Shown here one piece after another: positions 55,179 to 64,000 of a stretch of 64,000 nucleotides of DNA; position 1 is the first letter of the stretch; each line of letters begins with the position of its first letter. Position numbers and translations under genes: made by a program. The notes below the pieces were generated by a model, which saw nothing but the letters and a program-made list of their open reading frames with translations, was not told the origin of the DNA and searched no databases. The stretch is taken from contig JBKOYL010000008.1 of assembly GCA_046725395.1 (NCBI GenBank), positions 3,920 through 67,919 of the forward strand, given 5' to 3'. The stretch comes from Actinomycetota bacterium. Its GTDB lineage: Bacteria > Actinomycetota > Thermoleophilia > Solirubrobacterales > 70-9.

Positions 55179-55622
55179 CTACCCACCGAGCCGCCTGATC
55201 GCGACGGCCAGCCGCTGGGACTCGATCCCGCCGCTTTCCTCGTCGAGGACGACGACGACGTTCGACGCCCGGAAGCAGAGCAGCCCCGCCGATGCGCGGC
55301 ACGCCACGAGCTCCTCCTCCGCGGCGCCGGTGTCGCTGTAGACATACAGGGAGCCGGTCCCGCCGCGGCCTCCCTCCCGACCGGGCGCCGACGCAGGCTC
55401 ACCCGGCAGCGGCGGAAGCGCGATTGCGAAGACCTGCTCGGTCCCGCCACTCGCCTGGAGCTGCCTCCCGAGCCTGATCGTCACGCCCTGGTCATTGACC
55501 TCGTCGACGAACTCCGACGCGGTCAAGGACCGGCTGCCGTCCCCGCAGCCCGCCGCCGCGATGCCTGTCAGCCCGACCGCGGCGATCACTGCGAGCGTCC
55601 GATTTCCCCGTCCCCATGCCAC
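55179..55622 (-). CDS. Hypothetical lipoprotein (147 aa), last gene of the zur-znu transcription unit
   Basis: GTG 55622. Lipobox LTGIAAAGC. Starts 20 nt downstream of the znuA stop on the same strand. The track ORF 55179..56657 is an artefactual out-of-frame extension through znuA. Confidence 0.55.
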   Translation of the reverse strand: MAWGRGNRTLAVIAAVGLTGIAAAGCGDGSRSLTASEFVDEVNDQGVTIRLGRQLQASGGTEQVFAIALPPLPGEPASAPGREGGRGGTGSLYVYSDTGAAEEELVACRASAGLLCFRASNVVVVLDEESGGIESQRLAVAIRRLGG

Positions 55623-55642
55623 GGGGCGGGAGGCTGGCACAG

Positions 55643-56575
55643 TCAGGACGCGGGTGTCCCGCCCAAGCCCGCCGCAATGACCTCCGCGTCGCGCCTCAGC
55701 ATCCCGATGTAGGAGCCTGCGTCCCCCGGGGCCTCGACCGGCAGCTGCTCCTCGATACCTACGCCGGTGCGCGAGGCGATGCCCTCCAGGACCTCTGGGT
55801 TGTCGGTCTCCTGGGCGAAGACGGTGGGGACGCCGGACTGGCGGATCGCATCCTCGACCTCGTGCACGGTCTGGGCGCTCGGCTCTGCCTCGGGGCCGGT
55901 GGCGGGGAAGGGGGTCGCGATCACCTGGAAGCCGAAGCGATCGGCGAAGTAGCCGAGCGCGTCGTGTGAGGTGACCAGCTTGCGGTCCTGAGGCGGGACG
56001 GCCGAGAGCGTCCGGCGCATCTCGGCATCGGCTCGGCGGAGCTGAGCGGCGTACGCCCGAGCCCTGGCCCGGTAACCGTCCGCATGCTCGGGGTCGACAC
56101 TCGCCAGCTCGCTGGCGAGCGCCGGAAGCGCACGGGCCACCCGGGTGGGATCCATCCAGACGTGCGGGTCCTCGCCACCCATCTCCTCTTCCTCCGGGGT
56201 GGGGTGCACCCGCGAGCCGGCCCCCTGGAAATGCTGAAGGGGGCCGACGTGATCGGTCATCGCGAACTTGGGGACGTCGATGTCCGAGATCGGGATGCCG
56301 GCCTCGAGGTCGGCGCCGTTGTAGACCAGGAGCAGCGAGTCCTCGATCTGCGCCCGGTCTTTGGCGCTGAGCTGGAACTCGTGCGGACTGGTGCCGTCGG
56401 GGATGACCTGGTCGATGTCCGCATCGGGCCCGGCAACGTGCCGTACCACGTCGGCCCAGATCCCGGTGGTGACGGCGATTGTGCGGCCGTCGCCTCCGCT
56501 CCCCCCGCATCCCGCGAGCGCGGCGGCGAGCGCCATGACGGCGAGCGCCGCACCCCCCAGTGCGGCCCGGGTCAA
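55643..56575 (-). CDS. znuA: Metal (Zn/Mn) ABC transporter substrate-binding lipoprotein, cluster A-I (ZnuA/TroA-like)
   Basis: Lipobox LAGCGG, SPHEFQLS motif, acidic/His loop HPTPEEEEMGGEDPHVWMDP and HDALGYFADRFG. Confidence 0.8.
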   Translation of the reverse strand: MTRAALGGAALAVMALAAALAGCGGSGGDGRTIAVTTGIWADVVRHVAGPDADIDQVIPDGTSPHEFQLSAKDRAQIEDSLLLVYNGADLEAGIPISDIDVPKFAMTDHVGPLQHFQGAGSRVHPTPEEEEMGGEDPHVWMDPTRVARALPALASELASVDPEHADGYRARARAYAAQLRRADAEMRRTLSAVPPQDRKLVTSHDALGYFADRFGFQVIATPFPATGPEAEPSAQTVHEVEDAIRQSGVPTVFAQETDNPEVLEGIASRTGVGIEEQLPVEAPGDAGSYIGMLRRDAEVIAAGLGGTPAS

Positions 56576-57420
56576 GACGCTCTCCGGGCGGCGGGTAGGG
56601 CCAGCGCGAGCACGAACCCGCTGACCGCGACCAGCACGATGGAGGCGCCGGCCGCAAGATCCAGGTTCCAGGAGAGGATCAGCCCCAGCGGGGCGCTCGC
56701 CGCCGCGATCGCGGCCGAGAGGATCATCATCGCGGGCAGGCGCTTGGTGAGCAGGGCGGCAGTGGCGGGTGGCGCGATCAGCAGCCCGAGGACGAGCAGC
56801 GCGCCGACCACGCGAAAGCCGATCACCACCGCCAGCGTGACCAGGACGAGCATGGCGAGATGGAGGCGCTCGACGGGGAGGCCGAGCCCGGCGGCGCGCT
56901 GGGGGTCGAAGGAGAGCAGCAGGAAGGGGCGGTAGAGGAGAGCCACCACGGCGACGATCCCGATCGCGAACACGACGCTCAGGGTCGCCTCGCCGCTCGA
57001 GACGCCGAGTACGTCGCCGAACAGGAACGAGGTGAGGTCGACCGAGTAGCCCTCGACGCGGGAGACGATCGCCACCCCGAGGGCGAGCATGAAGACGAAG
57101 ACGACGGCGGCCGCAGTCTCCTCCCGGACCTGGCTTCGTCGCAGCACGAAATTGGTCGCGCCGGCCGTGAACAGGCCGGCGGCGAGGGCGCCGAGCCAGA
57201 TCGCCGTCTGGTCCGGGTCGCTGCCGGACGCTCCGGCGGTGAGGGCGAAGGCGATCGCGACGCCGGGCAGGACTCCGTGCGCCAGGCTGTCCGACATCAG
57301 CGCCATGCCGCGCAGGATCACGTAGCAGCCGACCACCCCCGAGATCACCCCGACGGCGGCCGCCGCCAGCGCTCCCGTCCGCACGAACTCCGCCTGGAAG
57401 GGATCGATGAGCCAGCCCAT
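56572..57420 (-). CDS. znuB: Metal ABC transporter permease (ABC-3 family)
   Basis: About 8 TM segments and the MALMSDSLAHGVLPGVA motif typical of ZnuB/MntB. 4-nt overlap with znuA. Confidence 0.8.
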   Translation of the reverse strand: MGWLIDPFQAEFVRTGALAAAAVGVISGVVGCYVILRGMALMSDSLAHGVLPGVAIAFALTAGASGSDPDQTAIWLGALAAGLFTAGATNFVLRRSQVREETAAAVVFVFMLALGVAIVSRVEGYSVDLTSFLFGDVLGVSSGEATLSVVFAIGIVAVVALLYRPFLLLSFDPQRAAGLGLPVERLHLAMLVLVTLAVVIGFRVVGALLVLGLLIAPPATAALLTKRLPAMMILSAAIAAASAPLGLILSWNLDLAAGASIVLVAVSGFVLALALPAARRAS

Positions 57421-58202
57421 CAGCCGGCTCCGTGGTGGTGATGGGCGGTGTCGACCAGCAGAGAGCCGACCCTGAGGATGTGGCCAGCGAAGGTCTCCGA
57501 GACGATCTCCTCGGTGAAGGTGGTCGCCGGCGGCCCGAAGGCGATCATCCTCCGGTTGAGACAGAGCACGAGGTCGTAGTCGCGCCTCGCGCTCTCCAGG
57601 TCATGCGTCGCGACGAGCACCGTCCGGCCGCGCTCCCGCCAGGAGGCGAGGAGGCGCCGGAGCGCGGCGTGGGTGGGGGCGTCCAACCCGGCGAAGGGCT
57701 CGTCGAGCAGAAAGACATCCGCATCCTGCGCTGAAGCCTGGGCGAGCAGCGTCCGCTGACGCTCGCCTCCGGAGAGATCGCCGAACCGGCGGTGGGCGAG
57801 GTGCTCGATCCCGAGCTCGCGGAGCGCGGTGGAGACCAGCTCGCGGTCGCGGTCGGCGAAGCGTCCGACCCAGCCGAGGTCGCCGTAGCGTCCCATCCGC
57901 ACGACGTCGGAGACGGTCACAGGGAAGGAGGGCTCGATGTCGAGGCGCTGCGGGACGAACGCGATCCGGCGGCTCACCAGCCTGATGGAGCCGAAGCTTG
58001 GCCGCACCAGGCCGATCGCGGCGCGGAAGAGCGTCGTCTTTCCGGCTCCGTTCGGCCCCAGCAGGGCGACGGTCGAGCTGGGCGGGATCTGGAAGCTGAC
58101 CTGATCGAGAGCCGGCTCGCGGCCGTAGCGCACGGTCAGGTCCTGAGCCGCGATGGCGGGCGGACCGGTCGTAGTCAGCTCCTGCATCGCCACAGACTCC
58201 AT
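57420..58202 (-). CDS. znuC: Metal ABC transporter ATP-binding protein
   Basis: Walker A GPNGAGKTT, signature LSGGERQR, Walker B VFLLDEPF. Confidence 0.85.
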   Translation of the reverse strand: MESVAMQELTTTGPPAIAAQDLTVRYGREPALDQVSFQIPPSSTVALLGPNGAGKTTLFRAAIGLVRPSFGSIRLVSRRIAFVPQRLDIEPSFPVTVSDVVRMGRYGDLGWVGRFADRDRELVSTALRELGIEHLAHRRFGDLSGGERQRTLLAQASAQDADVFLLDEPFAGLDAPTHAALRRLLASWRERGRTVLVATHDLESARRDYDLVLCLNRRMIAFGPPATTFTEEIVSETFAGHILRVGSLLVDTAHHHHGAG

Positions 58203-58204
58203 GG

Positions 58205-58657
58205 CTACTTGCGGGCGCAGCGTGCACAGTCGCCGTGGATGACGATGTCGTGGCCGCTCATCGCGTGGCGCAGACGCCCAGCGAGCCGCTCGAGTTGCCG
58301 CTCGAGGCGCTCATCCTCGAAGGCGGTGACCCGGCCGCACTTGTCGCAGACGGCGTGATGGTGGTGCTCACCGCCCGGGACGATCGGCTCGAAGCGAGCG
58401 GCCGCTTCCCCGAACTCGACCCGCTGGACGAGCCCCATCTCGTGCAGAAGGTCGAGGGCGCGGTAGATGCTCGCGATACCAACGTCGTTGCCCGACTCCC
58501 GGAGACGGTCCGAGATCTCCTGCGCCGAGAGCAAGCAGCTCTGGCGCGCGAGCAGCCCGACCACCGCCTCGCGGGCACCGCCGGCGCGGTGGCCTGCCTC
58601 GCTCAGCGCCGTGCGCGCCGAGCTCTCCCAATCAGCAGCCGCCTGGGTCAGCGCCAT
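58205..58657 (-). CDS. zur: Fur family transcriptional regulator (Zur-like)
   Basis: DNA-binding IASIYRALDLL, HHHHAVC, and CxxC pairs CDKCGR and CARCARK. Heads the znuCBA genes. Confidence 0.8.
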   Translation of the reverse strand: MALTQAAADWESSARTALSEAGHRAGGAREAVVGLLARQSCLLSAQEISDRLRESGNDVGIASIYRALDLLHEMGLVQRVEFGEAAARFEPIVPGGEHHHHAVCDKCGRVTAFEDERLERQLERLAGRLRHAMSGHDIVIHGDCARCARK

Positions 58658-58679
58658 GCCCGCAGGCTAGCAACTCCTT

Positions 58680-58698
58680 GAGAGTGATTCTCATTATC
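58680..58698 (-). promoter_or_regulatory. Fur/Zur box upstream of zur
   Basis: The minus strand reads GATAATGAGAATCACTCTC, matching the classical Fur consensus GATAATGATAATCATTATC at 16 of 19 positions. It ends 22 nt before the zur ATG. Confidence 0.65.
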
Positions 58699-58720
58699 GC
58701 AGGAGGGCGGCCCAGGGGCG

Positions 58721-60025
58721 CTAGGCGGCAGCGACCTGGCGTTCGCCCAGGATCTCGCCGAGCCTCCGCTCCAGGGCGACCGAGACGGCGGCCCTGACCG
58801 GGCCCTCGCCGAGGCGTTCGACCAGCGCCTCGAGGAAGCCCTCGATGATCAGCCGCTTGGCCTCTTCCTCGGCCAGGCCGTGAGAGCGCAGGTAGTGGAG
58901 CTGCTCCGCGTCGATCTGGGCGACGGCGGCGGCGTGCGTGCAGCGCACGTCGTTGGCCTCGATCTCCAGACCGGGGATCGCGTCCGCGTGCGCCGACTTG
59001 GAGAGCAGCAGGTTGCGGCTCTCCTGGAAGGCGTCCGTCTGCTGGGCGCCGGGATCGACCCGGATCATCCCGCGCCAGACCGCGGTCGCCGACTCCTCGA
59101 GCACACCGCGGAAGGCGAGATCGGACGTCGTGTTGGGCGCCGCGTGCTCCTGGGTGGTGTCGAAGTCCAGGTGCTGGGAGCCGTTGCCGGCGTAGGCGCC
59201 GGTCACGCGCGCGCTCGAGCCCTGCCCGCTGAGGCGGGTCTCCATCCGCACCTTCCCGCGCGAGGAGCCGAAGCCGAGTGCCACCCAGTCGAAGCTCGCG
59301 TCGCGCTCCACCTCCGCCCGCTGCGTGGCGAACACCCAGCTCTCCCGGCCGAGGCCCTGGGCGGTGACGTAGCGAAGGTTGGCGCCGGGGCCGATCCAGA
59401 CCTCGGAGACCGTGTTGAAGAGCCCGGCCCGCTCGCTGTCGGTGGCGAGCCACTGTTCCCAGACCTCGGCCTGCGCGCCCTCCTCCAAGAGGATCAGGGT
59501 GCGGAAGCCGAGCGCGGCCCGGTCGGCGTCGTGGATCGCCTCGATCTGCGCCGGGGCCTCCAGGGCCTGGCCCGCCGGGACGTAGACGAAGGCGCCGCCC
59601 CGCCAGGCGGCGTCGTTGCGCGCTACGAACGGATCATCCGAGGGAACCAGCGAACCCAGCCGCTCGCGGACCAGCTCGGGAAAGAGCTCCGCCGCGCGAG
59701 CGAGCGTGGTGACCACCGGCTCGCTCGGCATCGCGCCGGCGTCGGCGGGGACGGAGCCGTCGATCATGGTCTGGTCGATCTGCACGACTCGCGGCCCCTG
59801 CTCGGGGATATTGAGCACCGCATCCGCCAGCTCGCGCGCGGCGGGGTCGGCCTCTCCGGGGACCTCTAAGTCCTCCTCGATCAGCTCCGTCAGGTCGGTG
59901 AACTCCCAGCCCTTCGCCTTCTGGCTGGGCAGGCCGAGCTCCGTCGCCAGCGCGGCTCCATCGCGGCGCCGTTCCGTCAGCCAGTCGGGCTCGGCAGCCG
60001 CCTGGGCGGCAGCCGACTCAGCCAA
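58721..60025 (-). CDS. sufD: Fe-S cluster assembly protein SufD
   Basis: C-terminal [25 protein letters not shown] motif. 8-nt overlap with sufB. Confidence 0.85.
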   Translation of the reverse strand: MAESAAAQAAAEPDWLTERRRDGAALATELGLPSQKAKGWEFTDLTELIEEDLEVPGEADPAARELADAVLNIPEQGPRVVQIDQTMIDGSVPADAGAMPSEPVVTTLARAAELFPELVRERLGSLVPSDDPFVARNDAAWRGGAFVYVPAGQALEAPAQIEAIHDADRAALGFRTLILLEEGAQAEVWEQWLATDSERAGLFNTVSEVWIGPGANLRYVTAQGLGRESWVFATQRAEVERDASFDWVALGFGSSRGKVRMETRLSGQGSSARVTGAYAGNGSQHLDFDTTQEHAAPNTTSDLAFRGVLEESATAVWRGMIRVDPGAQQTDAFQESRNLLLSKSAHADAIPGLEIEANDVRCTHAAAVAQIDAEQLHYLRSHGLAEEEAKRLIIEGFLEALVERLGEGPVRAAVSVALERRLGEILGERQVAAA

Positions 60026-61466
60026 TCGAGCCTTCCATCTGGAGCTCGATCAGGCGGTTCATCTCGACCGCGTACTCCATCGGCAGCTCCTTGGTGATCG
60101 GCTCGATGAAGCCGTTGACGATCATCTTGGAGGCTTCCTCCTCGTCGAGGCCGCGCGACTGGAGGTAGAAGATCTGCTCCTCGCCGATCTTCGAGACGGT
60201 CGCCTCGTGGCCGACGTCAACGTCGTCTTCACTAATCCGGATCGTCGGGTAGGTGTCGGAGCGGGAGTGCTCGTCCAGCAGCAGGGCGTCGCAGACGACC
60301 TTGGACTTCGACTCCGTCGCGCCCTTGGCGATCTCGAGCAGGCCGCGGTAGCTGGTGCGGCCCTCGTCCTTGGAGATCGACTTGGAGAAGATCGACGAGG
60401 TCGTCTTCGGCGCCGCATGGATGATCTTGCCGCCGGCGTCCTGGTGCTGGCCCTGGCCCGCGAAGGCGATCGACAGGATCTCGCCGTGGGCCCGCTCGCC
60501 GAGCAGGTAGATCGACGGGTACTTCATCGTCAGCTTGGAGCCGAGGTTGCAGTCGACCCACTCCATGGTCGCGTCCTCCTGAGCGACCGCCCGCTTGGTG
60601 ACCAGGTTGTAGACGTTCTGCGACCAGTTCTGGACGGTCGTGTAGCGGACGCGAGCGCCCGGCTTGGCGATGATCTCGACCACGGCCGAGTGCAGCGAGT
60701 CGGTCGAATAGACGGGCGCGGTGCAGCCCTCGATGTAGTGAACGTCGGAGCCCTCCTCGGCGATGATAAGCGTCCGCTCGAACTGGCCCATGTTCTCGGT
60801 GTTGATCCGGAAGTAGGCCTGCAGCGGCATCTCGACCTTGACGCCCTTGGGCACGTAGACGAACGAGCCGCCCGACCAGACGGCGGAGTTGAGCGCCGCA
60901 AGCTTGTTGTCGTTCGGCGGGATCACCGTGGCCCAGTACTCGCGGACGATGTCCTCATGCTCGCGCAGCCCCGAATCCATGTCGAGGAAGATCACGCCCT
61001 GCTTCTCGAGGTCCTCCCGGACCTGGTGGTAGACGACCTCCGACTCGTACTGGGCGCCGACGCCGGCGAGGAACTTCCGCTCGGCCTCGGGGATGCCAAG
61101 CCGGTCGAAGGTGTTCTTGATGTCCTCGGGGACCTCGTCCCAGTTCTGGCTGTTCTTCTCGGAGGCGCGGACGAAGTAGTGGATGTCGTCCCAGTCGATC
61201 TGGTTGAGGTTGCCGCCCCACTGCGGGGTCGGCCGCTCCAGGAAGTGCTCAAGCGCCTTGATTCGGAACTCGCGCATCCACTCCGGCTCGTCCTTGTAGG
61301 AGGAGATCGACTCGACGACCTCGCGTGAGAGGCCCTTCGGCGCCTTGTATGCGTAGCCCGACTCTGGATCGTGGAAACCGAACTTCTCCTTGTAGTCGGC
61401 GTTGATGCCGGCGAGTGCCCGCTCCTCGGCGGGGCGCTCACGTGCGGCGGTCTCGGGCGTGGCCAT
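60018..61466 (-). CDS. sufB: Fe-S cluster assembly protein SufB
   Basis: Highly conserved SufB sequence, for example [22 protein letters not shown] and YIEGCTAP. Confidence 0.95.
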   Translation of the reverse strand: MATPETAARERPAEERALAGINADYKEKFGFHDPESGYAYKAPKGLSREVVESISSYKDEPEWMREFRIKALEHFLERPTPQWGGNLNQIDWDDIHYFVRASEKNSQNWDEVPEDIKNTFDRLGIPEAERKFLAGVGAQYESEVVYHQVREDLEKQGVIFLDMDSGLREHEDIVREYWATVIPPNDNKLAALNSAVWSGGSFVYVPKGVKVEMPLQAYFRINTENMGQFERTLIIAEEGSDVHYIEGCTAPVYSTDSLHSAVVEIIAKPGARVRYTTVQNWSQNVYNLVTKRAVAQEDATMEWVDCNLGSKLTMKYPSIYLLGERAHGEILSIAFAGQGQHQDAGGKIIHAAPKTTSSIFSKSISKDEGRTSYRGLLEIAKGATESKSKVVCDALLLDEHSRSDTYPTIRISEDDVDVGHEATVSKIGEEQIFYLQSRGLDEEEASKMIVNGFIEPITKELPMEYAVEMNRLIELQMEGSIG

Positions 61467-61796
61467 CTACGGAACCTCCAGCTTGACTGTGTCGTCCTCG
61501 ATCGTGACCGGGTAGGTGGTGACCGGTTGGTAGGCGGGGAGAGTCTTCGGCCGACCGGACGTGACGTCGAACAGAGACCCGTGGCGTGGGCACTCCACGG
61601 TACAGGCATCGGCGTCGAAGGGGCCCTCGGCGAGCGGCCCGTCGTCGTGCGAGCAGCGATCCTCGATCGCGTAGAGGGTGCCGGCGCAGTTGAAGACGCC
61701 GATCTTGGCGCCGTCGGCCTCGACCAGCTTCATCTCACCGCTCGGCAACTCGCTCGTCGCGCAGACATCGATCTGTTGCTTCGTGCTTTCAGTCAC
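61467..61796 (-). CDS. Rieske [2Fe-2S] ferredoxin-like protein
   Basis: CSHDDGPL ... CPRHGSLF (CxH / CxxH Rieske ligands). Its stop abuts the sufB start. Confidence 0.85.
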   Translation of the reverse strand: MTESTKQQIDVCATSELPSGEMKLVEADGAKIGVFNCAGTLYAIEDRCSHDDGPLAEGPFDADACTVECPRHGSLFDVTSGRPKTLPAYQPVTTYPVTIEDDTVKLEVP

Positions 61797-61889
61797 GTTA
61801 TTCCTACCCGCGAAGTCGGATATTCAGTTTAGCGAGAGCGGCCGCGGGCTCGTGACGGCGGCCCTCCGAGGCGTTACCGTAGGCGCGCC

Positions 61890-62483
61890 TTGACTCTCGT
61901 CCTGATCATCATCGGGATCGCCCTGCTGCTGGCGATCGCCGCCTGGTTCCTCTACAACCGGATGATCTCCCGCCGCAACGCGGTGGACAACAGCTGGGCG
62001 CAGATCGAGGCCGCGCTCCAGCGCCGCCACGACCTGATCCCGAACCTGGTCGAGTCAGTGAAGGGCTACGCAAAGCACGAGCGCCAGACCTTCGAGGAGG
62101 TCACGAGGGCGCGCAGCGGAGCCGTCGCCGCCCAGGCGCCGCCCAGCCAGGCGGCCGCCGAGGACGCACTGACCGCGGCGATCGGCCGGATGATGGTGGT
62201 CGCCGAGCAGTACCCCGAGCTGCGGGCCACCGAGAATTTCCAGCAGCTTCAGTCCCAGCTCTCCGGGACCGAGGATCAGATCCAGATCACCCGCCGCGTC
62301 TACAACGACACGGTCCAGACCTACAACACCCTGATCCAACAATTCCCGGCGGTGGTGGTCGCCAACTCCTTCCACTTCGAGCCGCGCCAGTTCTTCGACG
62401 CGCCGAAGAAGTCGGAGGCGACACCCGAGGTGAGCTTCTCGCAGGACGGCGCGCCCGCGCCGGCGAAGGAGCCGAAGGCCTGA
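61890..62483 (+). CDS. lemA: LemA family protein
   Basis: N-terminal TM followed by YNRMISRRNAVDNSWAQIEAALQRRHDLIPNLV, which is canonical LemA. TTG start. Confidence 0.85.
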   Translation: MTLVLIIIGIALLLAIAAWFLYNRMISRRNAVDNSWAQIEAALQRRHDLIPNLVESVKGYAKHERQTFEEVTRARSGAVAAQAPPSQAAAEDALTAAIGRMMVVAEQYPELRATENFQQLQSQLSGTEDQIQITRRVYNDTVQTYNTLIQQFPAVVVANSFHFEPRQFFDAPKKSEATPEVSFSQDGAPAPAKEPKA

Positions 62484-62491
62484 GCTTGAGG

Positions 62492-64000
62492 ATGCGCCGG
62501 GGCTTCGTCATCGCGCTCGCCGCGCTGGCGGCGCTGCTCGCTCTTCCCACCGCTGCTCTGGCGAAGAGCGCGGACGTCACCGACGCCGACGTCAGCCTGC
62601 GCCTCGCCAGGGACTCGAGCCTGGTGGTCGCCGAGCGGCTCACCTTCGACTACGAGGGCGACTATCACGCCTCCTACCGCGACATCCCGCTGAGCGGCGG
62701 CGAGACGATCGACGCGAACAGCATCAGCGTGCGCGAGGGGAACCGGGTGTACCAGCCTGGCGGCTGCACCACGTTCGGCTGCACCGACCAGACCGGCCGC
62801 TTCGGCGTCACCAGCACTCCCGAGGGCGTCCGGATCGTCTGGCACCACAACGCCAGCGGCGAGCGTCGCACCTTCACGATCATCTACCGCGTCACCGCGC
62901 GGGACCACGTGCGCGCCTACGACGACGTGATCGACGTCTACTGGAAGGTCTGGGGAGACCAGTGGGACTTCAGCCTCGACCGCCTGACGGCGAACCTGAA
63001 GAACCCCGCGCTCGACCCGAGCAATCCGCTCTACCGCGTCTGGGGGCATCCGCGCGACGTCGAGGGCGAGACCGTCCGCGGACAGGGCGAGGCCACCCTC
63101 GAGGCCTCGGACGTGCCGGCTCACCAGTTCGTCGAGCTGCGGGTGACGATCCCGCGCCAGCCCAGCCAGGACGTGAGCGCCGCGGGCGTCCACAGCGGCA
63201 ACGGCCTGCCCGCGATCCTCGCCGAGGAGCAGGACCTGACCGACGACTTCAACTCGCCCTGGAACAAGACCAAGCGCTTCGTCGCGCATCACGCCGAGCT
63301 GCTCGCGGGGCTGATCACGGCGCTGCTGCTCCTCTCACTGGCTCTGATGCTGTGGCTGACGAGGGAGCATCCGACTTCGACTCCCAAGTACGTGCCCGAG
63401 CCACCCGACGACGCCAGCCCCGCCCTCGCCTACGGCCTGGCGCACGAGGGTGAGGACACGAACGACACGGTGCTCGCAACGCTCCTCGACCTGGTGGAGC
63501 AGGGCTATTACGACACGAAGCAGGCAACCACCGAGGACGAGAAGCTCGATCTCGCGATCAAGGTGGCGAGCAAGCGCCGCAGCGACGCGAAGCTCGAGCC
63601 CTACGAGAAGGACACGCTCGACTTCTTCGACGAGCTGGTCAAGGACGACACCGTACCCCTGAGCGAGATGAAGGACCGGATCCCCGAGCACAGCGCAACC
63701 TGGCGCTCCCGCTGGGAGAAGATGACCGGCTCGCTGAACGCCGCCGACGAGGGACAAATCGACTGGGACCGAAACCTCAACCCGCTCAGCCTGCTGGTCG
63801 CGCTGGTGGGAGCCATCCTCGTCGCGGTCATCTGCCTGATCCAGAACAACGTCGAGGATCATTGGTTCGTGACCGCCGCGATCGGCGCGGTCGGGGTTGC
63901 GATCGTCGCCTTCTGGCCGGCCCGGCGGCTGCAGCGGCTCGCCCCGCAGTACCGCGAGCGCTCGTCGCAATGGGAGTCCTTCCAGCGCTGGACCGACGAC
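62492..64000 (+). CDS. DUF2207-type membrane protein, 3' end cut by window edge (not in the supplied ORF track)
   Basis: My own translation from ATG 62492 is open for 503 codons to the window end. It has a signal peptide (ALAALAALLALPTAALA), about 250 aa of extracellular domain, TM segments (LLAGLITALLLLSLALMLWL and later LLVALVGAILVAVICLI) and high GC3. It shows the usual pairing downstream of lemA. Confidence 0.75.
   Translation, partial: MRRGFVIALAALAALLALPTAALAKSADVTDADVSLRLARDSSLVVAERLTFDYEGDYHASYRDIPLSGGETIDANSISVREGNRVYQPGGCTTFGCTDQTGRFGVTSTPEGVRIVWHHNASGERRTFTIIYRVTARDHVRAYDDVIDVYWKVWGDQWDFSLDRLTANLKNPALDPSNPLYRVWGHPRDVEGETVRGQGEATLEASDVPAHQFVELRVTIPRQPSQDVSAAGVHSGNGLPAILAEEQDLTDDFNSPWNKTKRFVAHHAELLAGLITALLLLSLALMLWLTREHPTSTPKYVPEPPDDASPALAYGLAHEGEDTNDTVLATLLDLVEQGYYDTKQATTEDEKLDLAIKVASKRRSDAKLEPYEKDTLDFFDELVKDDTVPLSEMKDRIPEHSATWRSRWEKMTGSLNAADEGQIDWDRNLNPLSLLVALVGAILVAVICLIQNNVEDHWFVTAAIGAVGVAIVAFWPARRLQRLAPQYRERSSQWESFQRWTDD

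Noticed and set aside
55623-56657. Track ORF 55179..56657 read as one 492-aa protein
   Set aside because: The upstream 345 codons are an out-of-frame read through znuA (Arg/Gly/Pro-rich). The ZnuA frame 55643..56575 carries the real motifs.
1-64000. Search for tRNA, rRNA, CRISPR arrays, transposases, integrases, toxin-antitoxin pairs or recognisable defence genes
   Set aside because: I saw no T-loop GGTTCGA-type motifs in intergenic regions and no regularly spaced repeat arrays. No DDE, tyrosine-recombinase or serine-recombinase-like ORFs were seen. Intergenic regions are all under 280 nt.

Overview
Very GC-rich bacterial chromosomal DNA. My 100-nt spot counts give about 69% GC at 1-100 and 57-65% inside the gene at 49662-50351. 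Gene content and order look actinobacterial, possibly Thermoleophilia- or Rubrobacteria-like, but that placement is inference only. I support about 62 protein-coding genes. I found no tRNA, rRNA, CRISPR array, transposase or integrase, so this reads as core genome rather than a mobile island.

Recognisable blocks, in order:
- Thiolase (5' truncated), AlkA-like glycosylase, a cell-wall-binding-repeat protein, acyl-CoA dehydrogenase, M23 peptidase.
- The mycobacterial-type lysA-hom-thrC-thrB cluster, interrupted by two thioredoxin-fold genes.
- gltB without gltD.
- A GAF-PP2C-HATPase / STAS partner-switching pair with a zinc-ribbon FHA protein.
- A class B PBP divergent from a MarP-like CvpA-protease.
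- HxlR, FAD monooxygenase and SDR genes.
- addB-addA with a translationally coupled GGCT-like gene.
- An fxsA operon and a ROK regulator with a xylFGH-like sugar ABC transporter.
- WS/DGAT and ispH.
- A zur-znuCBA operon with a clear Fur-type box.
- Rieske-sufB-sufD.
- lemA plus a DUF2207 gene that runs off the window and is absent from the ORF track.

Many long ORFs in the track are antisense or out-of-frame artefacts of the high GC content.

Best novelty candidates:
1. A tail-anchored ORF coupled to thrB with Ser at every third residue for 23 consecutive triplets.
2. A secreted bacterial homologue of the PHM/DBH copper monooxygenase core.
3. A tightly packed same-strand cluster at 51264-55134: a heme-oxygenase-like diiron protein, two small membrane-anchored proteins, a 482-aa polytopic protein and a subtilase.
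4. The GGCT-like gene coupled to addA, with four-Cys nuclease motifs in both Add subunits.

All family calls come from motif recognition by eye. No database search was run.
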